Origin: a virus
Lineage: Duplodnaviria; Heunggongvirae; Uroviricota; Caudoviricetes
Virus record (IMG/VR): IMGVR_UViG_3300031248_000001
Direction: 5' to 3' (one strand)
DNA length: 64,000 bases
This document shows, one piece after another, positions 45,765 through 54,547 of the stretch. Position 1 is the first letter of the stretch. The number at the start of each line of letters is the position of its first letter. The translations under genes and the position numbers were made by a program. The notes beneath the pieces are model-generated. The model had not been told where the DNA came from and made no database searches. It saw only the letters and a list, made by a program, of their open reading frames with translations.

Positions 45765-46184
45765 GTGTCCGAGCCGACGACCGCCGAGTTCCATCACTAC
45801 GCAGCCGAAGCGCGGCTGACGCCCGAGCAACTCCGCGCCGCCGAACTGTGGATCGCCGGCAACTCGTATGATCGGATCGGCGCCCTGCTGGGGCGAAACC
45901 GCCGGGAGGTCTACTGGCTTTTGCGGGGCGCGACGGAGGCCCTGGCGAAGGTAGCGCCGGACTTCTGGAAACCGGGCCGGGACTTCCCCCGTCATCTGGT
46001 GCGGGCCGTGGCGAACAAAGCGGACCACCGGGACGGGAACCTGACCGGGGTAGCGCCAGCATACGACGTGCGAGACAAGTTGCCCAAGGCCGAGGTGTTC
46101 ACGGCCGACCGAGAAGAGATCCGCCAGTCGAAGGAATGGTGCCTGCGGCATTGGGCACGGGAACTGGTGGGCGCGACAGGTTAA
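45765..46184 (+). CDS. sigma-70 region 4 / LuxR-type HTH protein (candidate late-gene regulator)
   Basis: LTPEQLRAAELWIAGNSYDRIGALLGRNRREV. Confidence 0.45.
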   Translation: MSEPTTAEFHHYAAEARLTPEQLRAAELWIAGNSYDRIGALLGRNRREVYWLLRGATEALAKVAPDFWKPGRDFPRHLVRAVANKADHRDGNLTGVAPAYDVRDKLPKAEVFTADREEIRQSKEWCLRHWARELVGATG

Positions 46185-46297
46185 CCGAGCAAGCGGGGCG
46201 CTTCGCCGACGCGCCGAGAGGCGGCAATATCGGCTGAGCTTGCAACCGGTCCTGCGGTTTTGGGGCCGGCCTTCACCTTTGCTATAGTTGGCAGTGA

Positions 46298-46537
46298 ATG
46301 ACCTTCCGCGAAGCGATAACCGAAGGCGCGAGAGACGCCTGGCGCACGATGAAGCGGGGCCTGATCGGTGCGGTCATCGGGTCGGCGGTCATCGTCTCCG
46401 GCGAGGTCGCTCTGGGCCATTCGCCCCCACACGAGCTTTTCGGGTGTGCGTGGGAGCGATGGTCATTTGGCGTAATCATCACCCTGCAGGTCGCAGCGAT
46501 GCTGTGGCTGTCTTGGCGCAACGGCGAGTTTGAGTAG
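46298..46537 (+). CDS. small membrane protein
   Basis: Two hydrophobic helices. Confidence 0.4.
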   Translation: MTFREAITEGARDAWRTMKRGLIGAVIGSAVIVSGEVALGHSPPHELFGCAWERWSFGVIITLQVAAMLWLSWRNGEFE

Positions 46538-46539
46538 GC

Positions 46540-47076
46540 TTGATGAGCGAGCCACAGGGCAACTTGCAATACGGCTCCGGCCTCTTCCGAACGCTCACAG
46601 TAATCTGCGGGTGGGACGAGGACGAGGCGCGGTCTGGTGTGGCTCGATGGTTACAATGTCCGGCTGCTTTTCGGCCACCGTTTCAGTTCGTTGACCCGCG
46701 CGAAGAACAGCCGTCAAGCCGGAAACCGGCAGTTAGCCTAAGCCCGGAACAAATGGCGGTTGTCCGAGCGCGGTATGCTCACGGCGAGAGTCAAACAGCC
46801 TTGGCGCGCGAGTTCGGAGTGAGCCAGCCGTATGTGTCGCCGCTCAATCACGCGGCGGGGGAGAGCACGGGGGCGGGCTGGCAGAGTTGCGTAAACCGCC
46901 GGAGCCGTGTTACAGTGGGGGCGAGTCTCGCACCCCGAGCCGTACTCGGCTCCTACACGGCCTCACCTTCACGGGTGGGGCCGTCTCCGTTTCTGTTGAT
47001 CGAGAGAGGACCGGAACGAAGGACTAGCAACCCTCCGCCCCGGCCCTCCAGCATCCCGACCCCGACGAGCGGCTAA
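46540..47076 (+). CDS. HTH-containing protein
   Basis: LSPEQMAVVRARYAHGESQTALAREFGVSQPYVS. Confidence 0.4.
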   Translation: MMSEPQGNLQYGSGLFRTLTVICGWDEDEARSGVARWLQCPAAFRPPFQFVDPREEQPSSRKPAVSLSPEQMAVVRARYAHGESQTALAREFGVSQPYVSPLNHAAGESTGAGWQSCVNRRSRVTVGASLAPRAVLGSYTASPSRVGPSPFLLIERGPERRTSNPPPRPSSIPTPTSG

Positions 47077-47230
47077 CTCGCCGGGGCCAGCCGAACCAAC
47101 GAACCGAAGCCCGCTGATCCGGGTCCCAGACGAGTGACCGCCTGGAACGCTATGACTCCTACCGTAACCGCGCCTCTGTTTCAAGGGCGCGAGTTATCTA
47201 ACGCCCGGTGCGGCAAGAGGTTGCGTTCCG

Positions 47231-47647
47231 ATGCCCTGGACGGCTGCTGCTTTCTCGTGGGGGAGCCTGATAACCGGGCTGGTCTTCTTCGCGATGTTCC
47301 TGCGCGGCGTCTGGTTCCTGCGGCGGCGACCGGAGTTCGTCTTTGCACGGCGCGAAGCCTACTTCACGGCGTTCTGGTTCATCGTCTCCCTGACCGTGTT
47401 TCTCTCCCTGGCGCACACCCGAACGGACCCGAGCCCCGAACTGGCCGTAGGCCGCTGCGTGGCGGCCTTCTCGTCCGTGCTCCTGGCGGTCGGGCTGTGG
47501 TTGGAAGAACGGCGGCTGCTGGAGTGGCCGACCCCGCGGGAGATAGCAAAGCGGCTCGACACTCAGGCGGACATCGAGGCGCTGCGACAGACCATCGAAC
47601 GGTTTGGAGTGCGGCCTGATGACCGAAAGCGAGAAGTCCGCCGGTGA
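47231..47647 (+). CDS. membrane protein (holin-like candidate, 3 TM)
   Basis: Hydrophobic helices followed by a charged C-terminus. Confidence 0.4.
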   Translation: MPWTAAAFSWGSLITGLVFFAMFLRGVWFLRRRPEFVFARREAYFTAFWFIVSLTVFLSLAHTRTDPSPELAVGRCVAAFSSVLLAVGLWLEERRLLEWPTPREIAKRLDTQADIEALRQTIERFGVRPDDRKREVRR

Positions 47648-47984
47648 GATTGGCGCCCGCGTCCTGGACATCGTTACCAAGCTGGAGGAACGGCTCTCCC
47701 GGTTAGAAGGCAGCCAGCGCCGCACCCCCGTTCTGGACATCGGGAAGGACACGCCGATCCGAACCACGGTTACCGTGCTGATCGCAGCGTTCCTGATGGG
47801 GGCGGGGTTCGCTACCGGGGCGGAGAGCTCGCGGGAACGGACGAAGCAGGAGATCCGGCAGGAGTGGGATGCGGCGCTCCGGCAGTATCCGAACCGGGCC
47901 GACGTGCTGGAGTTGTTTCGTATCCGAATGGACGAGTTCGAAGTGCGGCTCTTGCGGCGGATCGATGAGCGGTTGAAACGATGA
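47619..47984 (+). CDS. membrane-anchored coiled-coil protein
   Basis: TM segment TVTVLIAAFLMGAGFATG. Confidence 0.4.
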   Translation: MTESEKSAGEIGARVLDIVTKLEERLSRLEGSQRRTPVLDIGKDTPIRTTVTVLIAAFLMGAGFATGAESSRERTKQEIRQEWDAALRQYPNRADVLELFRIRMDEFEVRLLRRIDERLKR

Positions 47985-48045
47985 ACAACCCTGGAGGTGT
48001 GTCATTCCCGAATTTGGAGAAATCCTGGACAGCGCCCTATCGGCA

Positions 48046-48414
48046 GTGACGGCGAGCACCGACCGTCAGGAGAACAAGCGGCTGAAGCAGCACGTCAAGG
48101 CCGTGGAGCGGCTGGCGGGCTCCGCGCCCGGCACGGACGAACTGGTGACCCTGCTGGACGAGGGCTACCTCCCGCACTACGACCACGCGGCGCGGGCGAC
48201 CGTCTCCGCCTCCCTGGCGATGAGCACGACCCGCACGCGGAAGACGGAGGCGGGCGGGTCCGTCACGGTCGGCCCGCTGGTCCTGCGCGGGGAGCTGTCT
48301 AACGCGTTCGGCCAAGAGACGGCGACGAACGTGCAGGTGAGTATCGAGTTGGAAAGGCGGCTGGTCGCGCAGTCGTATGCGGAGCTGCTGGCGGCGTTCG
48401 GGCCGAGTGGGTAG
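48046..48414 (+). CDS. hypothetical protein
   Basis: ORF. Confidence 0.45.
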   Translation: MTASTDRQENKRLKQHVKAVERLAGSAPGTDELVTLLDEGYLPHYDHAARATVSASLAMSTTRTRKTEAGGSVTVGPLVLRGELSNAFGQETATNVQVSIELERRLVAQSYAELLAAFGPSG

Positions 48415-48418
48415 AACG

Positions 48419-48649
48419 ATGGAACCCCTGCTCTGGATTGGTGGTTACCTCATCGCTGGCGGGCTGGCGTTCCGGTTCGTCTACCTGCGGTCCGTGCGGC
48501 CCGACGATTATGGTGAGGCTCTGCTTCTCGTAGTGCTCTGGCCGCTGTGGATGATGGTGATGCCTCTCGCCCTGCTTTCCCGGCCGTTTCCCAAGCCGCT
48601 CCGCGAACGCTACGCCGACGAATACCGAGAACTTGAGGAGACTCGATGA
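48419..48649 (+). CDS. small membrane protein (2 TM)
   Basis: LLWIGGYLIAGGLAF…LLLVVLWPLWMMVMPLALL. Confidence 0.4.
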   Translation: MEPLLWIGGYLIAGGLAFRFVYLRSVRPDDYGEALLLVVLWPLWMMVMPLALLSRPFPKPLRERYADEYRELEETR

Positions 48650-48945
48650 ACCCCTACACCGGACAAATCACGAACGATCCCGCTCTGATCAAGCAGTGGC
48701 GCGATGCTGGTATCCCGGTGGTTGACCTGCCCGACTACGACGCATCCGGCGAGGTCTACACCACGCCTCCGGTAGCACCGCATAGCGAACTGCTGGAGGC
48801 GTTGGGGGGCAAGATTGTGGATCTCAAGGCCCAGTTCGCGGAGGAGCAGAGGGCGGCGTCAGACGCCTTCTGTGAGCGGGTTCGCGAGAGCGAGGCGCGG
48901 CGGCAGAACAACGTCCGCCTGAACCAACTCTGCGGACGGCGTTAG
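48646..48945 (+). CDS. hypothetical protein
   Basis: ORF. Confidence 0.45.
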   Translation: MNPYTGQITNDPALIKQWRDAGIPVVDLPDYDASGEVYTTPPVAPHSELLEALGGKIVDLKAQFAEEQRAASDAFCERVRESEARRQNNVRLNQLCGRR

Positions 48946-49197
48946 ATGCCTGCTCCGAGTGGAGACAAGCTCCCCTTAGTCGAATACGTGGCTTCGATCA
49001 TGGAGCAAATGGCTGAGGCGGCGGCGCGGCTGGAGACCCGGTTCCCGCACTGGAAGGTCGTGTCGTGTGACTTCACGGCGCGCGCGTGTTTGAAGCCGCT
49101 AGGCGGGGTGGTGTGGGCGGATATCGATGAGCCGAAGAACCTGCCGATGAGCGACATTCCAATCAAGATGACGCGGGTGCCGGGGGCGGATGAGTGA
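48946..49197 (+). CDS. hypothetical protein
   Basis: ORF. Confidence 0.45.
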   Translation: MPAPSGDKLPLVEYVASIMEQMAEAAARLETRFPHWKVVSCDFTARACLKPLGGVVWADIDEPKNLPMSDIPIKMTRVPGADE

Positions 49198-49286
49198 AGG
49201 TCCTGCCCGGTGCGGCGGTATCGTGCCGACGCCAAGTGGTTACTTCCAAGAAAACAGCAGCCGGGAACCTACAAAAGGAGAACGCG

Positions 49287-49469
49287 ATGGACGAACAGCA
49301 TGCACGCAAGTGCGCGGGCGGTGCCGGATTCTGGACGCGACTGTGGCGGGCTCCGCGCTACTTCCGCAACTACCTGCGGGTCTATCGCGCCGACCGTGCT
49401 CGACCTTCAGCAGGGCGGCGTGCGGCTTGGGTGCGGACGAAGAAATACGTGCTTACCGGGCGCTGCTGA
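49287..49469 (+). CDS. small basic protein
   Basis: AAAGGAGAA before the ATG. Confidence 0.3.
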   Translation: MDEQHARKCAGGAGFWTRLWRAPRYFRNYLRVYRADRARPSAGRRAAWVRTKKYVLTGRC

Positions 49470-49888
49470 TGCCCACCCAAGGCCCCGCCCCCGGCGACCA
49501 GACCTTATCGCTGCGCGAGTTCCGCGAGGCAGCGCATGCGCAAGGCGCGGAACTGCCGTCAGGTTTACAGGCCTGGTACGAAGCCGAGAACATCACGTAT
49601 GTCTGCGTGCAGGATGGGCGTGTGAGTTACTTCACGGCTGATGCGAAAGAACGCTGGCCGGTTGAGATTGATGGGCGCTACGTCAGCCTTCCTGTAGGGA
49701 GCCGTCGTGACTTTGGCCCCGCCCCCGGCGACCCGCTCCCCACCGGCATCCCGCAGCCCGAGCCGCCGAAGCCGAGCAAGCTGCCCCGGTGGCTGCAGCG
49801 GTTGTTGCGGAGCGAGGTGCAGCCCACGGTGATTACGGATAAGGGTGGGACGAGTAGGCCGGGGATCCGGTGGGGCAAGCGGTTCTGA
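49469..49888 (+). CDS. hypothetical protein
   Basis: TGATG overlap start. Confidence 0.35.
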   Translation: MPTQGPAPGDQTLSLREFREAAHAQGAELPSGLQAWYEAENITYVCVQDGRVSYFTADAKERWPVEIDGRYVSLPVGSRRDFGPAPGDPLPTGIPQPEPPKPSKLPRWLQRLLRSEVQPTVITDKGGTSRPGIRWGKRF

Positions 49889-50079
49889 TGAAGATCTCAA
49901 TCTTTTGCACGCGGGGTGAACTGGACCTGATCGCCTCCCTGGCCCCGCCCCTCGCGCCGGCCGTGCCCCTGCTCAAGCCGCTGAACGCGCTCAAGAGCAC
50001 GGGCGAGGCGGAACTGGTAAACCCGGACGGGATCGCGTCGAGGGTGACGTGGGAGGTGGAGGTCGGGGCGGAGCCGTGA
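49888..50079 (+). CDS. hypothetical small protein
   Basis: TGATG overlap start. Confidence 0.4.
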   Translation: MKISIFCTRGELDLIASLAPPLAPAVPLLKPLNALKSTGEAELVNPDGIASRVTWEVEVGAEP

Positions 50080-50285
50080 AAGAGCAAGAGACAATCCGGC
50101 TGCTCCGTCACGCGCTGGCCTGCGTGTGGACGGAACTAGAGAAGGACGCTCCTGATTGCGAGGGGGCGCAGCGAGTGGCAGGCGAAGCGCTTGAGCGGTC
50201 CGCGGAATGGGCAGAGCCTCGGCAGTTGAATGCCCGAATGCACGATGTGGGCATTGAGGGCTGGCCGCCGTGCTCTTCACCCTAG
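50076..50285 (+). CDS. hypothetical small protein
   Basis: GTGA overlap start. Confidence 0.4.
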   Translation: MKEQETIRLLRHALACVWTELEKDAPDCEGAQRVAGEALERSAEWAEPRQLNARMHDVGIEGWPPCSSP

Positions 50286-50671
50286 AGGCGACGGGGGCCG
50301 AACAGGATTGGCTCCTCGCTTGGCTCCCCGACCTCGGCATCAAGCAGGTCCGGTTAGATCCCGGCGGCGGTGCGAGAGCCCTGGTCCTGGGCGGGAAGGC
50401 CGAAGCTGAACTCGACATCGAAGTGCAGGGCGGGTCGCTCGTGGTCACGTTCGCGGCGGCCCGGCAGAAGATCATCGGCAGCGTGAAGGTGCCGCCCGCG
50501 CTGTGGTGGCCGGGCATACGGGCGAAGATCCAGGCGGCCCCGCCCCTCCCCGGCGTGACGCTGCGCGTGCAGGACGAGGGGCGGCGGTTGTGGGTCACGG
50601 TGGCGGGGTGGGAAGTGGTGCGGGTGCTGATTTTGGGTGAGCGGATCTCAATCGAGGTGGAGCCGGTATGA
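50270..50671 (+). CDS. hypothetical protein
   Basis: ORF. Confidence 0.45.
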   Translation: MLFTLEATGAEQDWLLAWLPDLGIKQVRLDPGGGARALVLGGKAEAELDIEVQGGSLVVTFAAARQKIIGSVKVPPALWWPGIRAKIQAAPPLPGVTLRVQDEGRRLWVTVAGWEVVRVLILGERISIEVEPV

Positions 50672-50892
50672 GCCCTGGCGAACGTTACTTCGTCCTAAAG
50701 CTGGTCAAGCACGCGGCTCGTGGTGAAATGGACGCCTTCCGTAACTACGGGCTGCTGTGGGCTGATCGGCTGCATCAGGACGGCGACCTGGGCTTGGAAC
50801 TGCGCCTGCGGGCGGCATTAGACGGGGAGAGTGTGGGAGACCCGATCGTGCTAATGGTGAGCACGGGGGACTTGGAACTAGAGGCCGCCTGA
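50668..50892 (+). CDS. hypothetical small protein
   Basis: ATGA overlap. Confidence 0.45.
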   Translation: MSPGERYFVLKLVKHAARGEMDAFRNYGLLWADRLHQDGDLGLELRLRAALDGESVGDPIVLMVSTGDLELEAA

Positions 50893-51251
50893 TGATCCCC
50901 CCCGACCGCACCCCCCCCACGCCCGAACCGGAGCCCCAGCCGCCTTCCACCGTCACCACGCCCACGGCCACCTCCCCGAGCCTCTACATCACGTTCGCCG
51001 GGGAAGCGGTCATCATCTGGGGGGTACTGGAGGCGGCCGGCGCGTTCGCTAACTTGCCGCCGCAACTGGAGCCGTGGGTGCTGGGTATCGGAGCCGTGCT
51101 CAAGATTGTGGGCGAGGTGCTGAAACGGAGAGGGACGGTCCACGCGATCCAGAGTGTGGAGCAGGGCACGCGGCTGACGGGCGCAGTAGCGAGTGCGGCG
51201 TTGGAGACGAGTCAGACGGCGGTGAGTATTGCGACGGAGGAAAAGGCGTGA
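50892..51251 (+). CDS. membrane protein
   Basis: Pro-rich N-terminus plus a hydrophobic core. Confidence 0.45.
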   Translation: MIPPDRTPPTPEPEPQPPSTVTTPTATSPSLYITFAGEAVIIWGVLEAAGAFANLPPQLEPWVLGIGAVLKIVGEVLKRRGTVHAIQSVEQGTRLTGAVASAALETSQTAVSIATEEKA

Positions 51252-51628
51252 GCGTCGAAGCCGCTGAGCGAACCGAGGAACTACTGACAGGGCGCGAGAT
51301 GGACGCGCGGATTGCCGCCCTGATAGGTGATACGCAGGACGAGGAAGGCTGGTGGGTGTCGCGGGACGGGTCACGGATCAGCGTGGATGACGGCGGGCCT
51401 CGGCACTACAGCACGGAGATTGCCGAAGCGTGGAAGGTAGTGGAAAAGCTCATACGTGAGGGGCAGGGCGACTTCCACATTGAGCACGTGGGGTCAACGG
51501 ACGGCCAGCACCACGATTGGTGTGCCGGCCGTTTCTGCTTTGACCCGGCAGAGAAGTGGGGGTATGCCGACACGGCTCCCCTCGCGATCTGTCGCGCCGC
51601 TCTGAAAGCCTGCGAGGCCATCCGATGA
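51248..51628 (+). CDS. phage ABA-sandwich-like domain protein (paralog of 24118 gene)
   Basis: …RHYSTEIAEAWKVVEKLIREG…. Confidence 0.4.
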   Translation: MSVEAAERTEELLTGREMDARIAALIGDTQDEEGWWVSRDGSRISVDDGGPRHYSTEIAEAWKVVEKLIREGQGDFHIEHVGSTDGQHHDWCAGRFCFDPAEKWGYADTAPLAICRAALKACEAIR

Positions 51629-51786
51629 CCGACCACGCCCTCGCCCGCATCGCCAACGAGGCCCGCCGCTTCCTGCATACCTGCCAGCGCGGCGACACGC
51701 AGGCCGAAGTCGAGGCGGCGGTCCAAAGATTGCGGGATGCGATCAAGGACGCGGAGCCGCGGGAGACGGAAGGGTGCGTCGGATGA
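51625..51786 (+). CDS. hypothetical small protein
   Basis: ATGA overlap. Confidence 0.4.
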   Translation: MTDHALARIANEARRFLHTCQRGDTQAEVEAAVQRLRDAIKDAEPRETEGCVG

Positions 51787-51792
51787 GCCGCA

Positions 51793-52296
51793 CTAGCCAG
51801 TCGGCTTGACCGGCCGCCCGCGCGGGTTGCGCGTGAACTGATCCGCATCTTCGGCGCGCACGTAGTAGACCGGCCCTCGCGCTTCCTGCACGCATTCGGC
51901 GGGGAGGCGCTGTTCGCGGATGTAGCGGCGGACGAGGCTCGGGTCGATCCCGAGCCGGGCGGCGGTCTCGGTTACGGTGAGGCGTCCGTTTTTCCAGCGC
52001 TCATACTCCGAGCGAGCGAATGCGCCCGGGGTAACCCGTTCGATAGAGCGATAAAGCGGTCGGTCCTTCCATGCTGTCGGGCCGTTGGGAATCATGGTCG
52101 AGGCGTGTGCGATGCCAGCGGCCCGCGCCTCGGCCAATGTTTCCGGGGGCGCGTTAGTCAGCAGGTAGTCCTGCAAATCGCCTTCTCGATCCCTCGCGGA
52201 ATAAGCTCCGGCCCAATAACCACGCTGGGTCAGGTAGCAGAAGGCGGTATTAGTCGCGGGCTTGGGTATCCACGCCTTGTGAAAGGTTTCGTTCAT
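51793..52296 (-). CDS. protein with C-terminal excisionase/Xis-family HTH
   Basis: RLTVTETAARLGIDPSLVRRYIREQRLPAE…YYVRAED. Confidence 0.45.
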   Translation of the reverse strand: MNETFHKAWIPKPATNTAFCYLTQRGYWAGAYSARDREGDLQDYLLTNAPPETLAEARAAGIAHASTMIPNGPTAWKDRPLYRSIERVTPGAFARSEYERWKNGRLTVTETAARLGIDPSLVRRYIREQRLPAECVQEARGPVYYVRAEDADQFTRNPRGRPVKPTG

Positions 52297-52301
52297 TTGG
52301 C

Positions 52302-52595
52302 TTACCTGCGCATCCACTTCTGGGCTTCGGTCCACTGCGCCGGATCATTGACTACTTCTACTGCCTCGATTTCGGCAGCGTGGGTATCGTAGACGGAGAG
52401 AAGGCGCTCTCGGGCCAGGTCAATCGCCTTGTAGAAGGGGACGCCGGGGTAATCCAGGGCCGCTCCAAGGATGGCCTTGTCGGGGACCCGGTAACGCTTG
52501 CGCTCCGGGCGAACTAGCGTGACGGCGGAGGCCTCTTTAAGCAGCGTGAGCACGTCAGCGTCCGATGCGGTGCGAATGTTCAATCCAGCGTCCAT
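52302..52595 (-). CDS. hypothetical protein
   Basis: ORF upstream of and co-oriented with the HTH gene. Confidence 0.45.
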   Translation of the reverse strand: MDAGLNIRTASDADVLTLLKEASAVTLVRPERKRYRVPDKAILGAALDYPGVPFYKAIDLARERLLSVYDTHAAEIEAVEVVNDPAQWTEAQKWMRR

Positions 52596-52639
52596 CGTCT
52601 CGTCCTTTCGTCGTCGTTCCTGCCTACACCACTATTATC

Positions 52640-52700
52640 CCTAACGCGGGACAAATAGTCAAGCGATCTGGAAAATAAATGTCCTGCGATTTTAGGGAAG
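52640..52700. promoter_or_regulatory. AT-richer promoter region with imperfect inverted repeat (TCCCTAACGCGGGACA…TGTCCTGCGATTTTAGGGA)
   Basis: Read directly; sits upstream of the minus-strand operon at 52595. Confidence 0.35.
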
Positions 52701-52812
52701 GTCCTGTCTCGTGAGCCGGACAGGAATCACCGGCCCCGGCGACGTGGGGTGCCTGTGGTTGATTGTGGTTACGGCGCTGCTGGCGGGGGTGGGGGCCTGG
52801 ATCGGGGGAAGG

Positions 52813-52843
52813 TGAGGGGGCGCCCGCTCCCTTCACCCGGAGC
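52813..52843 (-). terminator. GC-rich hairpin (9-bp perfect stem GCCCGCTCC/GGAGCGGGC) downstream of minus-strand gene 52865-53110
   Basis: Read directly; no clear U-tract. Confidence 0.35.
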
Positions 52844-52864
52844 GGGCGGGGAGAGGACGGAAAG

Positions 52865-53110
52865 TTAGCGTTTGGTTTCGCCGGCAGGCGGACGGCACGC
52901 GACTAGTCGAGCGGCGTAATAAGCCCGCTGTACAAGCAGGGAGTCGTATTTCACGAGGGTCCGCCCGTCATATCCGTTGGGATCGTCCAGCATCACGGCA
53001 TCGGGGTAAGCGCAGGTAACTCGGTAGTTGTGTCCGTCTAGGGTGATGAGGTCTCCCCCTCTGGCGTCGTAGTTCACGTATCCGCCTTCGGTTCTGGTCG
53101 CGGTCTTCAT
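52865..53110 (-). CDS. hypothetical protein (81 aa) downstream of RHH gene
   Basis: ATGA coupling with the RHH gene. Confidence 0.45.
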   Translation of the reverse strand: MKTATRTEGGYVNYDARGGDLITLDGHNYRVTCAYPDAVMLDDPNGYDGRTLVKYDSLLVQRAYYAARLVACRPPAGETKR

Positions 53111-53286
53111 TTCCTCTTCTCCTCATTGCCCCCGGGCTGGGGGGCGGTAGAGCGGCGGTCAAGATACTCGGTCAGCGCGGCGCGGATCACCTCGGACTGA
53201 CCGAGCTGGGTGCGTTCACAGTAGGCCCGGAGGTTTTGATCCAGCACCTCCGGGCATTCGAATTGGATGCGGTTACGCGGCTTCAT
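53107..53286 (-). CDS. ribbon-helix-helix protein (antitoxin/CopG-like)
   Basis: IQFECPEVLDQNLRAYCERTQLGQSEVIRAALTEYL. Confidence 0.5.
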   Translation of the reverse strand: MKPRNRIQFECPEVLDQNLRAYCERTQLGQSEVIRAALTEYLDRRSTAPQPGGNEEKRK

Positions 53287-53402
53287 GCCCTTTCTCTCTG
53301 GAAGGCTGCGCGAACCCAAGAGCGAGCACAGCGGACTTTGCCCTTTAGGGCGTAGTGGGCGGCGATCTTCAGCACGCCGATGTAGGGGAAGTAGCGCTTA
53401 AG
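53283..53402 (-). CDS. tiny basic protein (40 aa)
   Basis: Coupled at both ends (ATGA and ATGCTTAA overlaps). Confidence 0.3.
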   Translation of the reverse strand, partial: LKRYFPYIGVLKIAAHYALKGKVRCARSWVRAAFQRERA

Positions 53403-53622
53403 CATTGGGGTCTCCTTCGATAGAGATGAGCAGGTTGCAGTTGCGGCAGTAGAAGGGCTCAACGGCCGCCTCAGTGAATTGGGAGCGCCGCCCGCAGGCG
53501 TCACAGGCATAGGCGTGCTCCTCGACCTCTGTCACGCCCGCCACGTAACTGAAGGTGCCGATGCCCTGAATCCAGCGGTCGGCGCGGATGTTCTTGATGG
53601 CCTTGGTGATACCGAGATACAT
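53398..53622 (-). CDS. zinc-ribbon protein
   Basis: CDACGRR…CRNCN. Confidence 0.45.
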   Translation of the reverse strand: MYLGITKAIKNIRADRWIQGIGTFSYVAGVTEVEEHAYACDACGRRSQFTEAAVEPFYCRNCNLLISIEGDPNA

Positions 53623-53694
53623 GACGTTGGTCCCTTCTGTCCGTCCACTGTCCTACACCCCTAGTATCGGCGATTGTAGTGACAGTGTCAACCA

Positions 53695-54114
53695 TTGGGC
53701 CGTTGCGCTTTTGTTGAGACTGCTATGCACCTCCTCCACGACCACGCGGCCCGGCAAAACATACAGGACGAAGCGCACGCCCCAGGCCGCGTCGTGGGCG
53801 ATGAGCCGATCCACGCTTGGTTCGAACTCACTTACGCCCAATACCTGACCATCCCGCGCAGCATCCTGGAGGCGATGCCTCAGGAGTGGCAGGCCCGGTT
53901 CGTGCGCTGCCTGGAGGAGTTGGATGAGGCGTTCGATTGGCGCCCGTCCGAGGGCCGTTACTGGGTGCAGTTGAAGGACGCTGACGGGCGGTATGTGGAG
54001 GACCCGCTGCGGGAGTATCGGCATCCGAACCGGGCTTACATCGCGGGGTTGGTGCGGCCGTTGCCGGACGTGGCTTTGGGTGCGGAGGTGGGGGGAGACG
54101 ATGGCGCGGCGTGA
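53695..54114 (+). CDS. hypothetical protein
   Basis: ORF preceding the small terminase. Confidence 0.4.
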   Translation: MGRCAFVETAMHLLHDHAARQNIQDEAHAPGRVVGDEPIHAWFELTYAQYLTIPRSILEAMPQEWQARFVRCLEELDEAFDWRPSEGRYWVQLKDADGRYVEDPLREYRHPNRAYIAGLVRPLPDVALGAEVGGDDGAA

Positions 54115-54547
54115 GTGGTCGGATAGTGAGAAGGCCACGGCGCTCGCGGCCCTGGATGCGAATGGGGGGAACGTCTCCCATACTGCCCGGCAGCTTGGTA
54201 TCCCCCGGATGACCCTCGCGGATTGGGCCGCTGGCCGGGTGACGGACGATGTGACGGAACTCCGTCAAGAGAAAAAAGAGAGCTTGGCAGACGCCTTCGA
54301 AGCGCTGGCCCGCAAGCTCGTGGCGGGGGTTGGAGTGTGGGTCGACCAACGGTTAGAGGAAGGCTGCAACCCGGCGACGGTGGGGACCACGCTCGGTATC
54401 GTAGTGGACAAGATGCAGCTTCTCCGCGGTGACCCCACCCATATCGCCGGGCAGGCTGGTATGCCGCCGCGCCGCCTGGACGGCATCATTGAGCAACTTG
54501 GGGGAGATCGGCGGGAAGAAGAATGCACCCCGCAACCTACGCCTTGA
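54101..54547 (+). CDS. terminase small subunit (putative)
   Basis: N-terminal HTH (GNVSHTARQLGIPRMTLADW). Lies immediately upstream of and overlapping the large terminase gene. Confidence 0.5.
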   Translation: MARREWSDSEKATALAALDANGGNVSHTARQLGIPRMTLADWAAGRVTDDVTELRQEKKESLADAFEALARKLVAGVGVWVDQRLEEGCNPATVGTTLGIVVDKMQLLRGDPTHIAGQAGMPPRRLDGIIEQLGGDRREEECTPQPTP

